Translations under genes and position numbers: made by a program | Notes under the pieces: generated by a model | Told to the model about the DNA's origin: nothing | The model's input: the letters and a program-made list of their open reading frames with translations, nothing else | The model's database searches: none | Origin: an uncultured Chthonomonadales bacterium | Lineage (GTDB): Bacteria > Armatimonadota > Chthonomonadetes > Chthonomonadales > CAJBBX01 | Assembly (NCBI GenBank): GCA_938005745.1 | Contig: CALLMM010000006.1 | Span: 35,241-99,240, forward strand | DNA: 64,000 nt | Direction of reading: 5' to 3' | Shown here: positions 57,965 to 64,000 of the stretch, piece by piece | Numbering within the stretch: position 1 is the stretch's first letter | Layout: every line of letters begins with the position of its first letter

Positions 57965-59116
57965 CTACGAGAGGCTTCTTAACTCGTGGACTATCTCACA
58001 AAGTCGGTCCACCGTATAGTCAATCGCCTCCTCCGTCGTGCTGCGTCCAAGAGTCAGGCGCAGCGCGCCGCGCGCGGTCTCCACAGGAATTCCCATCGCG
58101 AGGAGAACGTGGGAGGGTTCAACGGAGCCGGTTGTGCAGGCTGATCCGGCAGATGCATACACTCCTGCCATATCCAGGGACAGGAGCAGGGACTCCCCCT
58201 CCACTCCCGGAAAGCAAAAGTGGACGTTGTTGGGAAGCCTGTTGCCGGTCGGTCCATTCAGCCGAACATCCGGAATCCGTGTTAGAACCGACTCAATCAA
58301 CCGGTCTCGAAGAGTGACGAGGCGGCAGCTCTCCGCTTCCCTCTGCGACAGCGCCAGGCGCGTCGCGACACTGAATCCTACGATCCCGGCTACATTTAAA
58401 GTTCCAGCCCGCTTCCCTCTCTCCTGCTCGCCTCCTTCAAAAAAAGCGGCGATTTTTTGCCCCCGTCGAATATAGAGCGCGCCGACCCCTTTCGGACCAT
58501 ACAGCTTGTGTCCGGAGAGCGACAGGAGATCTATCCCCATCTGACGGACGTCTATCGGCAGCTTTCCGAAGGTCTGCACGGCGTCCACATGCAGCGGCAC
58601 GCCCATCTCCTGACAGACAGCCCCTATTTCGGCGACCGGCTCAACAGTTCCTACTTCATTGTTCGCATGCATCACCGAAACCAGAAACGTGTCAGAGCGT
58701 ATACGACTGCGAACGCTCTCCGGTTCCACAAAACCGCAGGAATCTACCGGGATCAACTCCAGGTCAAAGCCCATTCGCTGCAGGGTTTGAGCGGGATCCA
58801 GCACGGAGTGGTGCTCGATGGGGGTTGTCAGCAGGTGCCGCTTTCCGTCTGGCGCAGCTTGAGCCATCCCTTTGACCGCCCAGTTGTTGGACTCCGTTCC
58901 GCCGGAGGTGAAGTAGATCTCCTCCGGATCGGCGTTGACCGCCGCCGCAATCGTCTCGCGCGCCGCATCTACGGCTTCACGGGCAAGCGCGCCTGCTGCG
59001 TAGATGGTCGCAGGATTGCCGAATCGCTCAATGAAATAGGGGATCATCTCCTGCAGGACGGCAGGATCGGTGGGAGTGGTGGCTGCGTAGTCCAGATAGA
59101 CGGGTAGTTCGAGCAT
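57965..59116 (-). CDS. cysteine desulfurase (NifS/IscS class I aminotransferase V)
   Basis: The PLP lysine region is LSLSGHKLYGPKGVGALY, and the active-site loop is SAGSACTTG. Confidence 0.9.
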   Translation of the reverse strand: MLELPVYLDYAATTPTDPAVLQEMIPYFIERFGNPATIYAAGALAREAVDAARETIAAAVNADPEEIYFTSGGTESNNWAVKGMAQAAPDGKRHLLTTPIEHHSVLDPAQTLQRMGFDLELIPVDSCGFVEPESVRSRIRSDTFLVSVMHANNEVGTVEPVAEIGAVCQEMGVPLHVDAVQTFGKLPIDVRQMGIDLLSLSGHKLYGPKGVGALYIRRGQKIAAFFEGGEQERGKRAGTLNVAGIVGFSVATRLALSQREAESCRLVTLRDRLIESVLTRIPDVRLNGPTGNRLPNNVHFCFPGVEGESLLLSLDMAGVYASAGSACTTGSVEPSHVLLAMGIPVETARGALRLTLGRSTTEEAIDYTVDRLCEIVHELRSLS

Positions 59117-59248
59117 GGATTAAAAGAGCCAAAAACAGACAGTTACCGCTAACATAGGGACTTTACCGGTCTGATTACGTTAACTATAGGATCATCTACG
59201 TTCATCTACGCGATGACGTTGCCGGGCGCCTGTGCGAAGTTTCGGGCT

Positions 59249-59788
59249 CTACAGGCAGTTGACCATCGCATGGGTCTGCGCGATCGGGCACTTATTGCTC
59301 GCCTGAGAACCGCACCGCAGACAGATGTCAAACGCGATATCCTGTTTTTCGTGCACAGCCGCCTGAATGAAACTATGCAGTCCGCGCAGAAGCGCCTGCC
59401 GATCGCTCTCCTCCATGGAGGAGAGGAACTGCTGCAGCCGCGCGATGCGCTCCTGCTCCATCTGCTCGGTAAGTTCAGTTCCGCGCTCGGTCAGTTTGAC
59501 CTGCACCTCTCGCCGGTCGGAGGGATTGGTGATCCTCTCGACAAGCCCCTGCTTCTCCAGCCGCTTCACCATGTTGGTAGCGGACGGATAGCTGATTGCC
59601 AGTCCCTCCGCCAGATCGCCCATCAGAACATTCTTATGCAGCCAGATATAACGCATGGCATGGATCTGAGGAAAACTGACCGTCTGATCGGTCAGTTCTG
59701 AGATCAGATTCTGGCTGAGAGTCTTATACATGATCTGCACGAAGAGATCGGATACACGGATCGCTTCGCTGGTAGTAACTTCATCCAT
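59249..59788 (-). CDS. MarR-family transcriptional regulator with a C-terminal four-cysteine tail
   Basis: The wHTH reads LMGDLAEGLAISYPSATNMVKRLEKQGLVERITNPSDRREVQVKLTERG. The tail is ICLRCGSQASNKCPIAQTHAMVNCL, giving the pattern CX2CX7CX10C. Confidence 0.8.
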   Translation of the reverse strand: MDEVTTSEAIRVSDLFVQIMYKTLSQNLISELTDQTVSFPQIHAMRYIWLHKNVLMGDLAEGLAISYPSATNMVKRLEKQGLVERITNPSDRREVQVKLTERGTELTEQMEQERIARLQQFLSSMEESDRQALLRGLHSFIQAAVHEKQDIAFDICLRCGSQASNKCPIAQTHAMVNCL

Positions 59789-59942
59789 CTGTTGTAACCA
59801 CCTTTCCGGCTGTCAGCCCCTTGCACCATCTCAAGGAGTGCGCCGCCAGCCAGATCTATCTTTTCATTCTTCTTTATCTATCCACTAGAATCCTACCATA
59901 AACGTTTAGGTGTGTCAAAACAACTAATTTAAGATTTTCGAG

Positions 59943-59951
59943 TGGTACAAT
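59943..59951 (+). promoter_or_regulatory. candidate extended -10 element for the rib operon
   Basis: TGgTACAAT lies 77 nt upstream of the ribE ATG. There is no good -35 hexamer. Confidence 0.3.
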
Positions 59952-60027
59952 ACCTTCTGTGAGACACAGGCGTCTCATCAGCTCTTCATCCAGATTTTCA
60001 GGACCGACAGACGGGAGTGCGCTCGCC

Positions 60028-60654
60028 ATGTTCAGCGGGATTGTGGAGGGAACGGGAAAGATCGTCCGGTTGATCCGCGGAGCGGATTCGGCACGGCTGA
60101 CCATTGACGCCGGAGAGATTTCGGAGGGAGTCTCTGTCAGCGACAGCGTCTCCATCAGCGGGGTTTGCCTGACGGTCGTGCAGAAAGCGGGGACGCTGCT
60201 CAGTTTTGACGCCATTCCGGAGACCCTACATCGGAGCAGCCTGAAGGCGGTCAACGAAGGGGACTATGTGAACGTCGAACGCTCCCTCGCGGTCGGCGAC
60301 CGTATCGGCGGACATTTCGTGCAGGGGCATGTGGACGGCACAGGCGTTCTTCGCAAAGTGACCCCGGTGGATAACGCGCTCATCCTGGAGATCGAGATTC
60401 CGGACGACCTGCTGCGCTACATGGTTCCCAAAGGCTCGGTCTCCCTGGACGGCATCAGCCTGACCATTGTAGATGTTCTTCCGGACGCATTTACCGTCTG
60501 GATCATCCCGCACACCATGGAGATCACCACCCTGAAATACCGGAAGATCGGCGATCCGCTCAATATCGAGGTGGATATGATTGCCAAGTACATCGAACGT
60601 CTGCTGATGGATCGCGGCGCCCTACCGGCGGATAGAGCCGGTTCCGGGAGTTAA
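60028..60654 (+). CDS. ribE: riboflavin synthase (alpha chain)
   Basis: The N-terminus is MFSGIVEGTGKIV and the duplicated lumazine-binding repeat contains GSVSLDGISLTIV. I prefer the ATG at 60028 to the start at 59959. Confidence 0.9.
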   Translation: MFSGIVEGTGKIVRLIRGADSARLTIDAGEISEGVSVSDSVSISGVCLTVVQKAGTLLSFDAIPETLHRSSLKAVNEGDYVNVERSLAVGDRIGGHFVQGHVDGTGVLRKVTPVDNALILEIEIPDDLLRYMVPKGSVSLDGISLTIVDVLPDAFTVWIIPHTMEITTLKYRKIGDPLNIEVDMIAKYIERLLMDRGALPADRAGSGS

Positions 60655-60674
60655 CTCGTTTACAGAAAGCGATT

Positions 60675-61898
60675 ATGAGCTTCAGCACCATAGAAGAGGC
60701 GATAGAAGAGATCCGCCAGGGTCGCATGATTATCGTGGTGGATGACGAAGATCGCGAGAACGAAGGCGATCTCATTATGGCTGCCGAAAAGTGCACGACG
60801 GAAGCCATGAACTTTATGGTCACCCACGGGCGGGGAATTCCCTGCATCCCCACGACCGCGCGCCGACTGGCGGAGCTTGACCTGCCGATGATGGTCGGAC
60901 ACAACACCTCGCGTCTCGGTACGGCGATGGCAGTCACGGTTGACGCGAAACATGGAACCACCACCGGCGTATCCGCTGCGGATCGTGCGGTAACAGCGCG
61001 GCTCTTCGCGGACATGAACGCGCGCCCGCAGGATCTGACCAGACCCGGACATGTGATTCCGCTCCGCGCCGAAGAGGGAGGCGTTCTGCGGCGCGCCGGA
61101 CATACGGAGGCGACGGTAGACCTGTGTCGTCTGGCAGGGCTCTATCCCGCCGGGGTACTGTGTGAGATCATGTCCAGCGACGGCACAATGGCGCGGGTTC
61201 CCGAACTGCTGGAACTGGCGAAGCGATTCGATCTGAAGATCATCACCATCGCCGACCTGATCGAGTACCGTCGCCGTACCGAACGGTTGATCCAGCGAGT
61301 CGCCACCACCACGCTTCCCACTGGAAAATATGGCACGATGACAGTTCACGCCTACACCTCCACGGTGGACAATACAGAGGCGCTGGCGATTGTCCGAGGC
61401 GATATTTCGGGCGGCGAACCGACGCTCGTGCGCGTTCACTCCTCCTGCCTGACCGGCGACCTGCTCGACTCACTGCGCTGCGACTGCGGCGATCAACTGC
61501 ACATGGCGCTGGAGAGAATCCATCAGGAGGGTCGAGGCGCGCTCATCTACCTCCAGCAGGAGGGTCGGGGCATCGGGATTGTCAACAAGATCAAAGCTTA
61601 CGCCCTGCAGGATCGGGGCGCGGATACCGTCGAAGCCAATCTGGAGCTGGGGTTCAAACCGGATCTGCGCGACTACGGTATCGGGGCGCAGATCATGGTT
61701 GATCTCGGTCTGAAGAAGTTACGCTTCATGACGAACAATCCCGCCAAAGTCAAGGGCATTGAGGGGTACGGGCTGGAGATTGTGGAGTGGGTTCCCATCC
61801 GCGCCCGTGTCAATGCCCACAACAAGCGCTACCTGCAAACGAAGAAAGAGAAGCTGGGACATATCTTTTCTGAAACCGATCTTCCCCCGGAAGGATAG
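60675..61898 (+). CDS. ribBA: bifunctional 3,4-dihydroxy-2-butanone-4-phosphate synthase / GTP cyclohydrolase II
   Basis: The RibB half carries DDEDRENEGDL. The RibA half carries VRVHSSCLTGD, the zinc motif CDCG and QEGRGIG. Confidence 0.93.
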   Translation: MSFSTIEEAIEEIRQGRMIIVVDDEDRENEGDLIMAAEKCTTEAMNFMVTHGRGIPCIPTTARRLAELDLPMMVGHNTSRLGTAMAVTVDAKHGTTTGVSAADRAVTARLFADMNARPQDLTRPGHVIPLRAEEGGVLRRAGHTEATVDLCRLAGLYPAGVLCEIMSSDGTMARVPELLELAKRFDLKIITIADLIEYRRRTERLIQRVATTTLPTGKYGTMTVHAYTSTVDNTEALAIVRGDISGGEPTLVRVHSSCLTGDLLDSLRCDCGDQLHMALERIHQEGRGALIYLQQEGRGIGIVNKIKAYALQDRGADTVEANLELGFKPDLRDYGIGAQIMVDLGLKKLRFMTNNPAKVKGIEGYGLEIVEWVPIRARVNAHNKRYLQTKKEKLGHIFSETDLPPEG

Positions 61899-61905
61899 TG
61901 TGAGT

Positions 61906-62373
61906 ATGGTGAAGAAGTACGAGGGTCGTCTCGTCGCAGAGGGTTTGAGTTTCGGAATCGTCGTCAGCCGTTGGAACTCCATCTTCACCGAAAGGATGCT
62001 GGAAGGCGCGCTGGATACGCTGGTCCGGCATGGCGTCAGCGAGGAGAGTATCGAAACCGCCTTTGTGCCGGGAACCTGGGAGATCCCGGTCGTCGCGCAG
62101 AAGATGGCGCAGTCCGGCAAATATCATGCACTCATCTGTATCGGCTGCCTGATACGCGGAGAAACGCCTCACTTCGACTACCTTGCAGGAGGGGTAACCT
62201 CCAGCCTTGCCGGGATCGCACTCTCGTCCGGACTGCCGGTTACCTACGGGATCATCACGGTCGAGAACCTGGAACAGGGGCTGGAGAGAGCGGGAAGCAA
62301 AGCCGGCAATAAGGGAGCGGAAGCGGCGGCGGCGGCGATCGAGATGGCGAACCTGATGAGAGCGCTGGGGTAG
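61906..62373 (+). CDS. ribH: 6,7-dimethyl-8-ribityllumazine synthase
   Basis: Family sequences are FGIVVSRWN and VPGTWEIPV. It is 155 aa, starting at the ATG at 61906. Confidence 0.93.
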   Translation: MVKKYEGRLVAEGLSFGIVVSRWNSIFTERMLEGALDTLVRHGVSEESIETAFVPGTWEIPVVAQKMAQSGKYHALICIGCLIRGETPHFDYLAGGVTSSLAGIALSSGLPVTYGIITVENLEQGLERAGSKAGNKGAEAAAAAIEMANLMRALG

Positions 62374-62377
62374 ACGG

Positions 62378-63523
62378 ATGAGGAGAGCGGCTGGATATAT
62401 CCTGATTTTTCTCGTCGGCTGCATGGCAAGCTGGTTTGTGCTCACCTACCTGAGCGCAAACCGACGCCCGAACGCCGACGCTTCCATGAAGAATGTGCTG
62501 GCATCTCTGGAGAGACCGGCGGCTCCCTATGTCGCGCCTGCCAACCCGTTCGTGCAGGCGTCCGCGAAGATCACTCCCTCCGTCGTCAATATAGACACGC
62601 TGGAAGAGCGGCGCGTGGAGAGCAGAAACGTCTTCGGCGATCCGGTCGCGCGGTTTCTTCGCGTTCAGGGCAAAGGCTCCGGGGTAATCCTGACCTCGGA
62701 CGGCTATATCGTCACCAACAGCCATGTGGTGGAAGGAGCCAGAATTATCCGTGTAACCACCGTCACCGGCAAGAAGTACGACGGCAGGATCGTGGGAGCC
62801 AACCCCGATTCCGATCTTGCGGTGGTGAAGATTGAGGCGAGCAATCTCGTCCCGGCAGAACTAGGAGACTCCTCACAGATGCGCGTAGGAGATGATGTTC
62901 TTGCGGTCGGATATCCTCTCGGCATCGGCACTACCGTCACGCACGGCATCATCTCTGCAACGGACCGGCGTAATCTGCAGGTAGGAGAGGGCAGACTGCT
63001 TGCGCAGGCGATACAGACCGACGCCCCGATCAACCGCGGCAACTCCGGCGGCGCGCTGGCGAACATTCAGGGGCAGCTGATCGGCATCAACACCGCTATC
63101 GCATCGGAAAACGGGGGCGGGAATATCGGGATCGGCTTTGCCATTCCCGTCAATCTGGCGCGAAGCATTCTCAAAGAGATCATCCTCAAGGGCAGAAAGC
63201 TCCCCCCGCTGCCCAACGATCCCTTCGTCGGCATCATCTACACTCCCCTTCCGGAGCCGCTCGCCAGAGAGCTGAACCTTGAGCCGGGAGAGGGCGTTCT
63301 CATTCGCGAGGTCGAGCCGCTGACGGCAGCGGCGGACGCCGGCTTAAAACGCGGAGATATTCTGCTGGCAATTGACGGCAGGAAGATCGGCAGTCAGGAG
63401 GAGGTTCGCAACATCATCAAAAGCAAGAAGGTGGGCGAACAGGTCACGCTGACGCTGCTTCGGGAAGAGGGACGCCGCGAAGAGGTAACGATTGTGCTGA
63501 TGCGTCGTCCGCAGGGGCTGTAA
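62378..63523 (+). CDS. HtrA/DegP-family serine protease with a PDZ domain
   Basis: It has an N-terminal TM anchor. Catalytic-triad contexts are TNSHVV, SDLAVVK and GNSGGAL. A C-terminal PDZ domain is present. Confidence 0.88.
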   Translation: MRRAAGYILIFLVGCMASWFVLTYLSANRRPNADASMKNVLASLERPAAPYVAPANPFVQASAKITPSVVNIDTLEERRVESRNVFGDPVARFLRVQGKGSGVILTSDGYIVTNSHVVEGARIIRVTTVTGKKYDGRIVGANPDSDLAVVKIEASNLVPAELGDSSQMRVGDDVLAVGYPLGIGTTVTHGIISATDRRNLQVGEGRLLAQAIQTDAPINRGNSGGALANIQGQLIGINTAIASENGGGNIGIGFAIPVNLARSILKEIILKGRKLPPLPNDPFVGIIYTPLPEPLARELNLEPGEGVLIREVEPLTAAADAGLKRGDILLAIDGRKIGSQEEVRNIIKSKKVGEQVTLTLLREEGRREEVTIVLMRRPQGL

Positions 63524-63527
63524 CCTC

Positions 63528-64000
63528 TCACGCCCCCTGCAGCGTGCGCGACCGGCGCACCCGATTCTCCCAGACGGAGACCTCTGTCAATCCGTGTTTC
63601 ACTGCCAGGCTCGCCGCCAAGCTGTATGAGTCCGCCAGGTCTTCCGGACGATGACTGTCGGAACCGAGTGAGAGGTTTCTTCCCCCGCACTCCGCGTACA
63701 GACGAATATGCTCCTCACAGGGATAGGTGTGCCCCACCCCCTGCCTCAGTCCTGCTGTGTTGATCTCCAGCGCCACCCCCCGACGAATCATCTCCTCATA
63801 GAGCATCATGATCTGATCGCGATAGGGCGACGGGTCGTAGGGTCCCAGACGCGGAACGGCACGGCGATTGGCATACTCCAGATGACCGACGATATCTATC
63901 AATCCGCTGCGCACGGAGTCGTGCACCGCCTGAAAGTAGAGGCGGTACGCCTCGACGACGCTTCTGTCTCTGAGATAGGCGTCCGACATGATCGGAACCC
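63528..64000 (-). CDS. PHP-family histidinol phosphatase (HisK/HisJ type), N-terminus beyond the right edge
   Basis: Family sequences are DIVGHLEY and LSLGSDSHRPEDL. The frame stays open past the ATG at 63989 to the window end. Confidence 0.7.
   Translation of the reverse strand, partial: VPIMSDAYLRDRSVVEAYRLYFQAVHDSVRSGLIDIVGHLEYANRRAVPRLGPYDPSPYRDQIMMLYEEMIRRGVALEINTAGLRQGVGHTYPCEEHIRLYAECGGRNLSLGSDSHRPEDLADSYSLAASLAVKHGLTEVSVWENRVRRSRTLQGA

Noticed and set aside
59789-60027. Possible FMN riboswitch upstream of ribE, prompted by a CCGACAG-like string at about 60004.
   Set aside because: The conserved FMN-element segments I remember are absent on both strands, for example GGGCGGGGTGAAATTCCC..ACCGGCGGT. 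The likely leader is too short. An Rfam scan would settle it.

Overview
This is a 64-kb chromosomal window from a high-GC bacterium, about 60% GC by eye. Antisense and alternative-frame ORFs are abundant and I treat them as GC artefacts. I call about 58 protein genes, 2 tRNAs (Gln-CUG, Cys-GCA), several intrinsic terminators, a few sigma70-like promoters, a canonical CIRCE operator and a small family of palindromic repeats. There are no CRISPR arrays, rRNA genes, transposases, integrases or phage genes. Housekeeping content is mnmE, guaB, coaX, dus, clpB, thrS, lpd, groES-groEL, a primary-type sigma factor, a NifS/IscS-type cysteine desulfurase, ribE-ribBA-ribH, htrA and a PHP histidinol phosphatase cut by the right edge. 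A DUF1559 prepilin-like protein and a PSCyt/DUF1549/DUF1553 protein weakly hint at a PVC- or Armatimonadota-like lineage. The most interesting candidates are listed here. (1) A sequence-bounded five-gene ArsR-headed operon (5654-9997) adds an exported octahaem cytochrome c and an exported SagB-type nitroreductase to the known ArsR/permease/thioredoxin-like trio. (2) A two-gene operon (17079-19148) has a second gene that is clearly homologous to cyanobacterial acyl-ACP reductase, but there is no aldehyde-deformylating oxygenase partner. A 655-aa protein of unknown family lies convergent to it. (3) An orphan GlmL-like ATPase cluster (1817-5601) has no B12 mutase nearby. (4) A MarR regulator with a CX2CX7CX10C tail lies upstream of the cysteine desulfurase. 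All functional calls rest on motif recognition by eye. No database search was run.
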